A DNA stretch of 63,890 nt, filler included, from Atractiella rhizophila (lineage: Eukaryota), in NCBI GenBank assembly GCA_021432655.1. It is 5 parts of 5 records of this genome, joined end to end, with 100 filler letters (N's around TTAATTAATTAA, not from the genome) between each part and the next. Parts side by side here need not be neighbours in the genome. Positions count along the whole stretch, not along the records: positions 23,651 to 53,643 come from MU271380.1; 4 more parts are not named here. One strand, written 5' to 3'. The notes beneath the pieces were generated by a model. It saw only the letters and a list, made by a program, of their open reading frames with translations. It did no database searches and was not told where the DNA came from. Position numbers and translations under genes: made by a program. Shown here in pieces: positions 26,740 to 39,363 of the stretch; positions within the stretch are counted from its first letter, which is position 1; each line of letters starts with the position of its first letter.

Positions 26740-28363
26740 TCAGACACCCTTTGGGCGAATATGGAAATCGTAATCATCTTTTGATGGGCTTATGATCTCC
26801 GGACTGTCCATTCCCATATCCATGCCTGCTTCCAATTCCCGCTGCGATCGTGGAGAGAGAGGTGACTGCCTAGGCGACATCATGTAGGTGGCAGAATTCG
26901 GGTACTGAGGAGTTTTAGGATCGATGTCCAAAGCAGTTTCGCGCTTCTCGCCGCTCGAAGATTCGTTTTGTTGTTTCTCGTACAAAGTGAGAACGTGAGT
27001 GCTACTTAGAAAGCATCGTAAAGATCTGGCAGAAGGGAAGAGAAAAAAAAGACGAACTCCACTCGAACTCCCATCTCCAGCGCCGCTCCGCTTTGCATCT
27101 TATGCCGGATACTCTTGTTGGCTCCAGTCCCGCCAGGAGCTCCTCCTGATCTTCCTCTTCCGCTCTGAGACGCTCCGCCACCACTGGAATTTCCACCTGA
27201 GCGCGATCGAGAGCCGTTAGAAGGATCTCGGAGGGAAAGGACGACGTGTTGAGCCATTACTACATGCGAGCGCTTCAATGTCACGTTGGAAAGAAGGAAG
27301 TGAGAAAGGCTGACTGCTATTCATAGCGACAGCAATGGTCGCTCCGATGCTTTGAAGTCCCGAAGAGCTTGGAAGTGACCAAAAGACGCAGTTGACAACG
27401 TTGAAAGCGGTGACAACGAGCAGATAGATGAGACCCTCTTTCAGGAGGAAGGCGGAAAATGGTGGCCAGAAGCCAGAACCTGACATCTGCAAGTCATTCG
27501 CGTTGAGTAGGCGTAGAGAACGGTGGGGAGCACTCACATTTTTGAAAAGCTGCGCCGAAGTCAGGATCGTAAGCAGCAAGTCGAACGATAAATTTGCAGC
27601 GTAGAAGATGATGGCAATTCTGTGCGCCAATTCGCCCAGTTAGTATTTTGGGTGGCTGCAGGAAGCGAACGCTCACTTTGGATGAGGATTGCCTCCACTG
27701 CACGTGCCACTTTTTGTTGAGATTGTCTTGTAGCTCTATACCCGATTTATGAGCATTGCTGTCGGTTGGGTGAGAAAGGGGACCAACCTGGCTCCAGAAC
27801 TCCAACGCGACGATAACTACGATGAGGATGGTGAGGATCCATCCCAGCTTCCTGTCTTTCCTACAGATCGCCCATGTTCTCCTCGCCAATACGATACTGG
27901 CTAGAGTAGTAGCGATGCAACGAAGGTAAACAACGAAGTAGATGACGACCAGACACGCATGGTCTTTCCCTGCCCGTACTGATGCGTCAGAACGAGTTGA
28001 GTTTCGGAGAGAGTGATTCCTGACCTTTAAAAGCATGCGAAAAGAAGGAGATAGTTGGAAAGACTACAGCTAGTAGGCCGACGTATCTGCAACCGAATTG
28101 TTACTTTTAGAACGCGCTATGCACAGGTGGGCGAAGAAATGACGAACCGAACAAGGGTGAAGAGGATCCAACCCAATGAGTATCTGCCACTCTTTCTCTG
28201 GTCACTGAAGAATCGCCATTCCTCAGGTATCGTCCTGAGATAGTCGTAGGCGAAAAGACTTTGACACTACGCGTCAGAACAGCAAAATGGTAGCTGCATC
28301 TACTCACCTAATGGCTGCTATCCGAACATACGCCTGTGCGTCTTGCGCTGACTGAGGAGCCAT
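26740..28363 (-). CDS. DUF6533-type multi-pass (7TM-like) membrane protein
   Basis: Exon 1 MAPQSAQDAQAYVRIAAI|gtgagt, exon 2 FAYDYLRTIPEEWRF (DUF6533 YDY..T...E signature), further TM exons (…LLKEGLIYLLVVTAFNVVN…) and a polar tail ending RPKGV*. Confidence 0.75.
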
Positions 28364-29200
28364 GGTTGCTTGTTTGCAACGGTGAAACGAAAGGGAAGAT
28401 GTTGAAAGAGAGAAGAAAGGAAGGGGAGAGTCGCGCTACTCTGCTTCTTCTGAGGGAGAGAGGCGACAAGGTGCCAAGATCTGGAGGATATTTATGGAGA
28501 TCTCGCTCTGTGGACTTTTTGGCGTTCGTTTGGTGAACTCTCCTCCCGTCCTTCATCGCAGTTGACCATGCTGAAAGGAGGATATGAAAGAGTAAGTTGA
28601 CGGTGAATTGAACGAATTGAACTGAGGAGACACCGGTACCGCGGAGTGGAAGCTAAACAACTACCCTAATGAGAAAATCAAACTGGATGATTCCCTCCGT
28701 TATGAACAGGAACAACCCTGAACTCAGCTCAGTGGTGACCTCGCTAACTCTAAACTAGTTCTATTGCTGCAAGTTTCATGTTCAATAGTCGGAGGAGTTG
28801 AAGCACACGCGTGCAGGCAAACAAGGCCGAACAGTTCAATATAATCACCTCCCCATTCTCGCTGCATCCAGCGGAGAATATTCCTCGCCCATTCATCAAC
28901 TCAGAGAGAGTTTGGTTTAGCATGAACCGCAATCTGTCGGCAATGAAACCCTTTCAGGACTGAAGTTAACGCCATTCTCAGAGCTGTCTGAGGAATCAAT
29001 GGAGACGGTTGTGTGGTACTCTGATGGAAGAGGGTTACGATACTATAAAATCAGCTTCGATAGAAGCAAAGATGACAGGGCTTTTGAGCTTCGACCGGGA
29101 GTCTTCTCTTGACCATCTATAAAACTCACTCGTTCATTTACTGTGTTCCTTCCAGGAGCATCAACATTCCTGCTCTCTCTTGATATCAACTGAATTCGGG

Positions 29201-31670
29201 ATGTCGCAAGACAATCACAGTTCCTCGTCCGTTTCCGAAAAAAAGCTGCAGGGAGAACCAGATTCTCCCACTGTTCCCACGCTTCCCAATGACAAGCACG
29301 ATGTCATGCTTGTCGGGGAGGGGGATGAGATCGAACAGAGGCAGCGGGATAGGAAGATGTACTACAAGCTTGACTGGAGGCTTCTGTCAGTCTCCTTCCG
29401 TTCTCATCTGGACTAACTGATGAATATTTTCATGTTGTAGTCCTTATGTTTCCATCATCCATCTCCTCAGCTTCTTGTACGCTCCATTCTGACCCTAAAC
29501 GACGAAATTGACGAGCAGTCGAAATTAATAGGGACAGAACCAACTTTGGTAGGTTGCTCCCACTAACTTTAGCAGAGTGCAGAAACTGACAGCAATGATG
29601 GAAAGGCAACGCCAAAGTTGCTGGTATGCAAAAGGACCTAAAACTTGGCGGCTACCGATACAACATTGCTGCATCGCTTTTCTACATCACTGTGCGTGCC
29701 TCAATAGCCTCAGTTGGAGCAGCACTGATCGAAGGAATAGTACTGCTTGTTCGAGCTACCCTCGAATTTGTTGATGAAGAAAATTGGACCCGCCAAATGG
29801 TGTAAGTCCGACCGCCTGCCTCCCTATATACTACGACTGATAAACACCTCTGGGAATAGTCCCCTTGCAGTGTGTTATCTGGGGTGTGGTAAGCTCAATG
29901 ATATTAATTCTTCCTGTTCAGATGGTGACCCAATCATCCAGGTAACAACATGCTTTTGTGCTGCAAATAAATATTCGGATCTGCTTGCGTAGGCTTTTCT
30001 TGACTTTTGCTTTGAACAGACAACTGAGAGGATTTTAGCCTCCGTATCTTCCTTGGTGTACGTTTCTACCACACAACTAACAAAACGCGAAATAACTCAC
30101 TTTTCATCGAAGGTGACGGAAGCAGGCTTGTGCGTCCAATATACTTTTCCCATATCTTTCCAACTAATATCCTCTTTTCCAGATTCCCAGGAATCAATTA
30201 CTACCGTTTGTCTTCCTCACCCTTTATCTCTTCGGAGAGAAGGTTAATAAGTATCTTGACTGACTTGGCATGATGGTGTCCAGTCTCTCTATGGTACCCC
30301 AGAAACATCCTGGCTAAGCGTATCGCCATCTTTTACGCGTCCACTACCTCTTCTGGTGCTTTCTCTGGTATTTTGACCTATGGAATCGTCAAGCTGGATG
30401 GAAAGGGGGGATTCCACGGATGGCAATGGATCGTACGGAGTTTCATCTGCCTTCAACAAAAGCTAAAGTGGAGTGCAGTTCCTCATCGAGGGAGTTATTA
30501 CCATCGCTTTTGGTCTTGTTGGACCTTGGTTGATGTATGATGTGCGTTTGCCCTTATTTTTTGTTTTGACTTTGATGCCCAGCTAATTTAAAAAAAATAG
30601 CTTCCCGAGAACTCGTCTTTCATTACTCCCAAGGAGAGGGAGCGAATTGAAGCCAACATCGTCGCTGCCCAAGGAAACATGCCCACTAACTACAAGTGGC
30701 AATATGTCGTTGATTGCTTCAAGGATCCCAAAACTTGGCTCTATGCTATTATCTACCTTGGTGGCTCCATCGGCGTGTACTCCAACTCGCTCTTCCTGCC
30801 AACCATCATCAAAGGTCTTGGGAAGACTGATGCTGATGCCCAGCTCTAGTTCGTAATTTCCACTTGCATTTTTGTCTTTCATCTGACGATCTATTAGCAC
30901 TGTTCCTCCTTATGCGGTTGCCATGTTCGGTGCCTTCTTCAACGGTTACATCAGCGACAGGCTCAAGCTTCGCTTCCCCTTCGTCATGCTTGCCCAGCTC
31001 ACAGGTGCGTTTTTTCTTCCTGATTTCATTCTTTGATTGAAAGCGATTAATACTTAGCTATTGTTGGATACGCCATCGTTCGCGGAACTACTGATCCCGA
31101 TGTTGCATACGGAGGAATGTTCCTGGCCGTCACTGGAGTCTACTCGACCGTTCCCGTACTCATCGCGTGGGCTTCTGGTGGGTCACCACTTTCTTTCATT
31201 TTGAGAAGCAATTAGAGCTGAATGACCCTCCCGGCGAACAGGAAACACGGCTGGTGATACCAAGCGTGCTTCTCAACTCGCAATCATGATCGGTTTCGGA
31301 AATCTGGGTGGTATCTGCGCTTCTTTCATTTACAGGGTCCAAGACTCGCCCAGGTACGAATTAGGACATGACGTTGTTATCAGCGTCATTTGCATGTCGT
31401 ACGTCTTCCGTCCTTCTCATCTCAATGCACAACACAAAACGGAAACTGATTGGTTCCTTTGATGGATGAATAGCTTCACTTGCTCTGGTTTAATGGCACT
31501 CTACCTCAACTACCTGAACAAGAAGAAGGCAGCAAACATGCCACCAAAGGAGCAGGAGAACGAATACAGGGAGATGGGCGACAGGTCGCCTTTCTTCAGG
31601 TTTGTCTTCCTTCTTTCTTCTTTTCGCTGCGGTCGTCTAATGAGGGGGATGCAATAGGTACTATGTTTAG
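29201..31670 (+). CDS. MFS transporter, anion:cation symporter family (Dal5/Tna1-like), many introns
   Basis: YYKLDWRLL, LDRTNFGNAKVAG, FELPSNLLMKKIGP, LDGKGGFHGWQWI|FLIEG, NTAGDTKRA and GDRSPFFRYYV*, assembled over about 20 short exons. Confidence 0.92.
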
Positions 31671-31933
31671 ACTACATGATACCTTATCATCGTTGGATCT
31701 TCATGAAAACGGTGTGGCGTGCCCCAGGTTTGATTATGGTGTTGTATGGATTTACCCGTTTTAATGGATTATTGGATTATTCCTTCCTCAAGGAAGCGTT
31801 ACCCTTCAAACTCAAACCCGCTCATCCCAGTGAAACACCAAGTTAGTTGACAACTCAGGATATGCTGGCTCGCATATATCGTACAATGTAAGCTGAGTCC
31901 TGTGTCAACGGTACACTACAACACGTCTCTTAT

Positions 31934-33361
31934 TCATTCAAGTGGTCCAACTTTGCTTTGGATGTAACTGATGACCCTCCTGCCCTCCATTCCCCCCACA
32001 CCATCGATCTCTTCTGGTCGCTGGCTACAAACCGTAGAAAAGATCATCACCACTACTCGTGACTCCACAGCGAACTAGAAACGCACCCCTCAGAATTAGT
32101 CCTATCTCTATCCGCACCCCCCTCAATAAGCGCCACAGCAGTCTCGGCGTGCCCACTCTCGACCGCAAGATGAAGCGGCGTGTTCCCCGCTCGATCAGCG
32201 AGGTTCAGCCTGGTCTTATTGGCAATGAGGAGCTGAACGAAAGGCGTCGCGCCGGCCGAAGAGGCTCGATGGAGGGCGATTTGGTTCGCTGAATCACGCG
32301 CGTTCACATCCGCTCCCTTCGAGAGGAGAGAACGTCCTATCTGCCCACTTTAGCGCGACTATACTCTCCGGTGGACGGGGGGAAGGAGCGGAAGTACTGA
32401 AAGGTGTCCCTTGGAAGCCGCGTAGTGCCTTTTTCACATTCACAGATTCGGTCGGTTAGTGGTTGACGAGGACGGGGGAGGGACGAGACGAACAGTGCTG
32501 TTTGGCCTCGGTGCGTGGTGGCGTTGGGGTCGGATCCCGCTGCTAGAAGCTCGGAAACGACTTCGCTACCGCCTGCTGATGCTAGTTGGGAAACACACGT
32601 CAAGAATTGCTTTTCGTTTGAGACGATGGTAGCTCAGAAAGGAGCCTCCAAAGTTGCCCATGAGGAGAGGTTATGATGGCACAGAACACATTTATGACGC
32701 GCTAAGAAGCTCAGGAAAATTGACCACTTGGCCCGTGTTCTAGTTCGAAAGAAGCACAGGAGAAAAAGGTCGTGGAAATGTGGCTTCGGTGCAGTCGGTC
32801 TTTACCTTCGTCCTCCCAAGACTGCTCACTTCAGCAATGGAAGCAGATTTTGATGGCAGGATAGAGCTCGCGAGAAACGAAAGCACGCGATTTGTACGAA
32901 GGTGAGGGTTATCATTGCGGGAGCAAGTTTGAAACAGGGAGATGCAAGTTTACAATTATGTAGAAGCACCAGATTCGATGATTGCAATTGTTCCACTCGT
33001 GCTCATGCAGGCTTTTTGGAGCTCCGCACTTGAACTCAGGACAACACAAAGAGGCACATTTTCCTCCCAACTCGGCCTCACTCAATTGATCTGATATGGA
33101 TAGCTTACCCGCACAATGAAGCGCTGTCCACCCAACGTCGTCTTTGATCTCCAAAAGCTCCTTCACACGCTCCTCCCTCTCTGCGACCTCTAGAAAAAGT
33201 TGTACATTGTCAAATCGCGCATTGGAGCATGCATAATGCAGGGGAGTCCTCCCGTCCTCGTCTTTCGAGTACAGCTCGCTGGTCGACTCTTCCAGCAGGG
33301 GACGGATGTGCGTCGCTGGTGCAGTAGAGGCGAGTGACTGCAGACTCGTCGATGGGGGCAT
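31934..33361 (-). CDS. NAS6: ankyrin-repeat 26S proteasome assembly chaperone (Nas6/gankyrin/PSMD10-like)
   Basis: DEDGRTPLHYA, DDVGWTALHCA|ASAG, GQTAL|HYAASKGH, ANQIALHRASSAG and AGNTPLHLAVESGHAETAVALIEGGADRDRTN. The size (~230 aa) and repeat pattern fit Nas6. Intron 1 is 32582-33108. Confidence 0.8.
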
Positions 33362-33612
33362 GTTGGCTGATTAGATGTTATGAAACTGGTTAAGAAACCA
33401 AGAGAAAGATGAAGATGCGATGCGACGCGTCAGTGATATGGTATGCACGTGACTACGACAAATATCGCATTTGATATTGCTTGACACTATTTCTTTGCCC
33501 GCGTTTCAACGCGCCTCGTGCTTCCCTTACACGTTCCTCTCGCTGAGCCTATAAAGACCTCCTTCCCACTTTGGTTGGGAGCAGCTTGCCGTATTGCAGT
33601 GCACCATACACC

Positions 33613-35786
33613 ATGTTGTCGCTCCTTCTTACAGTCGCCATGCTGGCGACCGCCCAACAGATCCCCTTACCTCCCCTTCCAAATAAGTTATTGGGTGTGG
33701 TGACGAACAAGAAACCTTTGGTGTTTAACAAGAGAGGCGAATTCAAGGTGGTCTCATTCTCAGACATGGTACGCCATCCATCGATAATTTCAACTGTTGG
33801 CTAATTGGAGCTACTAGCATATGGGAGAACGATGGGGTATGTTCACTCATGATGAATGAGCAGAACAGACGCTGAGCGGCAGAAGGAAGGCAATCAGACA
33901 TATGCAGATTGGGGTGATACAAATGTGTGTACTCACCTTCTCACCTTTCACTCGCTGCTGAAGATATGCTCATGACAAAATTGTAGGACAACAAGACTCA
34001 AGAGGTGCATCGTATTGTGCTCGATCAGGAGAGGCCTGATTTTGTGTAGGAGCTTCTTACCTATGCTTCCCTTCGTTCAAGCTAAGCGAAGCTATTGCAG
34101 CGTCTTCAACGGAGACCTTATGACTGGTACCTGCTCTCGCGTTTAAAAGCAGTCCCCTAAGCATTTTTGGACAGGCGAAAACGTATTCAAAGAAAATGCG
34201 ACTAATTAGTGAGCTCTTCCAGTTCAAGAAGAAGAATGAAGGCCAATTCGGCAATAGTCTAGATAAAGTGGTTCGACCAACTGTAGAGCGAGGCATCCCC
34301 TTTGCCTCCGCACATGGAAACGTATGGTTTCTCAATCCCACACATCGAAAGTGAATCTGACAAGAAGATAGCACGACAATGCTGTTTGTCTTCCTCACAC
34401 ATCAGCATGGAGCACGTCCCAACGAGCTCATGTAGGTGAACATCACACATGAGATAGAGATAGACTACGAAAGCAAGAAGTACGATCTGTCCTACACGCG
34501 CAGCGATGCAGGCCTCAAGCGTTAGTCCTTCCCCCTTTCCTTCCAACCTTCGACTCAAAGAAAGCACAGCATACGGCGGCGGAAACTACTGTGCATCTTC
34601 ACTGTGCTATGCCGGAACAACATTGATGAATCTATATGTCTATAGGGGTGCCCGTCTACGCCACTACGCCTCCCAAATGGTTCTGGTACAACACCAAGCC
34701 TGCTCTGCTGCTTTGGTTCCTCGATTCTAGGTCGTTCGTGAGCGGGCATGGTGCTGGACCTGGTGAGCTCCCCCCCACTATTTCGACCTTGGCGTGCCCA
34801 GCTGATGTGGCTGCAAAGGGCCTGTCCCGGCTGAGGCGGATTACTACTGGGTTCGGGTCCCGTTTCATTACCACAGCTGAGACTTATCAAAAGGAAAGGT
34901 GGATGAAAACACAGTGCCTCGATACATCGCCAGTCAGGCGGAGCTGATGAAGCAGGAAGTACGTCTCCTCTTTTTCTTCTTGCAGGCTGGAAGTTGGTTC
35001 ATTGAGATTTAGTGGGGGTCTATCCCTCCTTCCCTCGTCTTCGTCCACATCCCAGTACGCATCTCATCTCTCTCGTGTGAGCATGTTGAACAAGATCGGA
35101 AACAGTTCCAAAAAGCACTTGACCTTTACTTCCTGTCAGTTCTCCCTCCACCCTACCTACCAACTGACATTGTGATAGTCCAACGGAGGGAAACCATGAC
35201 GACGAGTTCGTCATCTCTTTCTCCCAATGCAGAACGGAACTGATGGCTTGGGACGGAAAGGCCAGACCCAGGCGTCAAAGTGACGAACATGGCCCAAAGC
35301 ATTCGACGTCAGTAGGAACGAGGCAGGCGAAAGGTACTGCTGGCTCCCCTGCTTAACCCCTACTCAAGATTTATAGGAATAGCTTGGGAACGACTTGACG
35401 GGGTGCCCATTCTGGGGTCACGAAGAGTGCGGCGGGTTCTTCTGGCCGCTGTCTTTCCGGAGTTTTACACGGCAGAAGAAGTAGACGCCTTACACAGCCT
35501 GTTGGACAAAGAATGGGATGCGAAATGCCGTTTCTTTGGAGAGACGAACTGCGTGCCACATCGACATCGCCTTAAGTGGCGCTGCAGAGCTGGTCAGTTT
35601 GAATCGATTCGATGGGCAGGTTCCCCTTCAGATGATCCTTTTGGTCTCTCTCCATGGTGGGCTGGTGGTGTCATATTTGGACTATTGAATGAAATGCCTC
35701 GAGAGTACATCGAGCATATTGGTGCTTATATGGAGGTTAAGGCGACGGTAAATAGTATGAATGGAGTGGAGACGTCCCGAAGATAA
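33613..35786 (+). CDS. secreted calcineurin-like metallophosphoesterase (Dcr2/PAP-like); 3' structure uncertain
   Basis: Signal peptide MLSLLLTVAMLATAQQ, motif I FSDM|HMGE, motif II VFNGDLMT, motif III AHGN|HD and LVFVHIP. It has many microexons. Confidence 0.8.
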
Positions 35787-36462
35787 GAGGGCAACGATGA
35801 TGATTTATCTGTTTGAAAACGGAAAATCCACCGTTTATAAAGATTTATTCAACGTGACAACGCATGTGCGAATCCTGGTTGTTCGAATATACTGCAATCA
35901 TTACTCAGTCCACTCGAAGCCAGTTGTCAATTGGGATTGTTGGCAAGGACATGGTAAATTTAAATCAAATGAGTTTATGGAAAGAGCAGGGGATAAAGGA
36001 CGATAGGCAGGATCATGGCAGGTTGCAGACAACCGAGATATGAGAGAATCACTTCCCATGCTCCAATTTGAAAAAAAGCATACCAATGTCCCTTGAGACA
36101 CCCTTCCATTCAATCTCCGCTTCAAATCCGTCCATCGATCATCATATGCACTGGTCTCCTCAGCGGAATGCTCCTCCTCAACCTTCCAATCTGGCAATAT
36201 TTCCTGTGAATGTAGTGGTCGAATTTGAAATTTTGGTGACTGAATTGTTCCGACAGATATTGAATGATGGGATTCAGAGTAACTTTGCTGACAAAGACGT
36301 CATGGCTGTACACCTTACTGGATAATGAACTTGTGTTGCTGAAAGCTCATAAAAAAACAATAGTTCACCACCTTTTCTGGTAACGACAGTGGCACCCAAC
36401 ATCCAATTTCAAGCAAAGCAGAAAAACTATGTAACACACTCAAATGGGCTCTGAATTTATCT

Positions 36463-39114
36463 CTACAATTTGCTCTTGACTAACTCCAATGGCTCATAGT
36501 TAGCGTTGTAGAGGTGATCCGGTACACTATCGACAGATCGAGCTCCAATATTACGTGTATCGATCATATCAGGCACGAGCTCCTGAATGTTCCTAGCTCC
36601 AATGAGCCTCATGCTGTCAAGCATCGTTAGATAAATCTTTGGGGGTCGAGGTAGGGAAAATAGCGAACTTCATCTCCATTTCGTCCTTCAGGATCTGTAT
36701 CGCCCTCTCCACTCCCTGATGTCCATATGCACTATATGCATAAAGGAATGGTCTTCCGATACCAACGGCCTTAGCACCCAAAGCGACGGCCTTGAGAATG
36801 TCACCAGCTCGTCGAACACCGCCATCGACACTGCACACATTTTTTCTTCAGCTCAAGTGTCGAGAACGCGACATGCCAGACTCACTAAATCTCAAACTCT
36901 GGTTTATCTAGTCCTCTACGCTTAAGCTCGCGCTTCACTTCGACAAGAATCTCGATTCCGCTGCGTGCGAAATCAAGTTGACGACCTCCATGGTTCGAGA
37001 GGACGACTCCTTGAAGGCCCATCTCGGCAGCCAGGACTGCATCCTATTCCGGCATTCGAGTCAGCGAAAGATGAAGTGCGGAAGGAAACTGAAGATAACG
37101 AGCCTCCCAGCATTGTACTCCTTTCAGGATGAGCGGCATCTTCGTAATGCTCTTGAACCATTTCATGTCTTTCCAACTGAGCCCTGGGTCGATGAATGAC
37201 GATATCGCCCGCGCGGCGCCTTGGCTTCTATCGACACTCGAATCTCCCTATACCATATCATCGGTTGAGTATATATAATGAGAGAGGTGTAATGTGGGAG
37301 GAGAGAACGAACCTGCTGGACCTGCGACCCCACATCTTCGAACTTCATCCTCATATCTTTCGCCCTCCTTCCCAACTGTGGTGCATCAACGGTGATGAAG
37401 AGACCCTTGATGCCTCTCTTCTCCGCATGCCTGTCATCAACAACATAAGCTGTGAGTTGAGGGGGAAAAAAAGGCGTAACGGGAAACACACCTTACGATC
37501 CGCTCCGTCACGCTCCGATCCTTATTCACATAAAGCTGGAACCATTGGTTCTGACCCGGCTGAGCAGTGTCCACAATCTCGTCGAAAGAGCACGAAGCGA
37601 GTGTCGGAATCTAATAAATACACCGCGTGACCCAAGTTTCTCCAGAAAAAATGAGAAAGGGGATGGGAGGACAAACCATCTGAATGACTCCATGCGTATG
37701 CGCCGCTCGCGTCAGGTTCTTCTCTCCCTCTGGATGACCCAGCTTTCCGAGAGCGGTGGCAGTGATGTACATGGGCATGGAGGATTTGCATCCGAGTAAC
37801 TGACATAGAATCAGTAATCGAACGAAGCGGAAAGAAAAAGGAGGGGAAAGGGAGACAGACTGTGGTGCTGAAATCTACATTTGTTACGTCCCGTAAGATT
37901 CGTGGGCGAAACCAGAGGCGTTGGTATGCCGAATGGTTCTCTCTCATCGTTATCTACCGCACAATGCACCAGAGGCATAAGCCTCTTAACTCATAACTCG
38001 AAGCATAAACAAAACATAACAAGATAAGATACCTCATCGTCTGAGCCAGATGAATAATAAGCCCACGCCGCGGGCGCCATCACCGTCTTCGCCAGATTCT
38101 CAAAGTCGTACAAATTCAAACAAAGCTCCAGAGGTGGGAGGTTCTTCTTCCGCTCCTCCCGCTCCTTCTCATCCGACGAGACTTCCTTTGGAGTCTTCCG
38201 GAGGACTTCGAGGGAGGTTTTCGAGAGCGGACCGAGGTGTTTCTCTTTCGGCAGGAACCTGCGTATTGGATTTAGAGGGAGGAAGGTGGGAAGGGGAGCA
38301 GTACTTGTCTAATGTATCCGGAGGATGGATGGGGTCGAAAGGCTCTGTTGCATCCTTCCCAGCATACTTGAGGATGATAGCTTGTCCACCTGGGTGCTCT
38401 GCAACCCAAATCAAACATCAATATGAGTCGTGATCAGGTGAAGGAAATAAATAAGAGAAGAAGGCAAACAAAAAGAACAACGAGATGCTACCATGCCTAT
38501 AGCTCTAAAGTTACTTCTACGCTTGAGCTTGAGTGCGATGTACTGTAATATTTCATGCAGCACATGCCAAGAATTCAATGAGTGCCGAGTCTGACGGCAA
38601 GCAGCGTCATCTGTCCAACGAGGAGGAAGATACACAGAAAGTGTAGTCATACGTTCATGGAGAAATTCTCAGCGTTCTGCTTACCATTAAGAATATGTAG
38701 AAATTATGGTCGCTCCGTTTCGCAGAAAGACCACGAATGAATGTGCATATTCAACGCTTTTTGTTGCTGCTCTCATCCAGGGAGGAGACTAGACATTAGA
38801 AAGTCAAAGGGGCTCTAATACGATACGAATTGAAGGAAATGTAGCAGCTGGGCATGATCAGTTAGTTGTTTACAAGTAATGACGTTGTGATTTATGCACA
38901 CAATGTCAGCAAACTCCGAATTTATCGGTAACAAGAGGATAAAGTAAACAGTAAAAACAAAAAGTGTTTGCAGCAAAAAAGAGAACGATAACTCACCAGG
39001 CAAGAACTCAGTAACATCATAAACCTTTCCATGGAGAACAACCCAACAACTCTCCTTGGACGCGTGCTTCGCGACCTCCTCCAGCTCCAAGAGTTTTCCA
39101 GGGTTATCAGCCAT
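36463..39114 (-). CDS. CYB2: flavocytochrome b2-like FMN-dependent alpha-hydroxy acid dehydrogenase with C-terminal SKL
   Basis: Cytochrome b5 domain ([23 protein letters not shown]), [49 protein letters not shown], ending [11 protein letters not shown]. Confidence 0.92.
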
Positions 39115-39363
39115 GTTTCTATGCGTCAGAGCGATGGACTCTGAAGGGATATGGAAAGGGGAAGCTGGAGATAATATAGCAAGATAGACGCGCTGGAAGC
39201 AAAAGTTGGGGTCGGGTATTACACATTTGATTCATCGGCATCTTCCTTTCCAGGACTTATCATGATCCCACTCCTGCCGACGGCATCACACCCGATCTTC
39301 TCTTCTTATTGTTCCTTTCATCTCCTTCTTCCCCTTCTTCCTCTTCCTCTTCGTCTGCCAGCG

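Noticed and set aside
11622..31670. P450 + monooxygenase + MFS + transcription factor as a secondary-metabolite cluster
   Set aside because: There is no backbone synthase, the genes are interspersed with unrelated ones, and an artificial contig join separates them.
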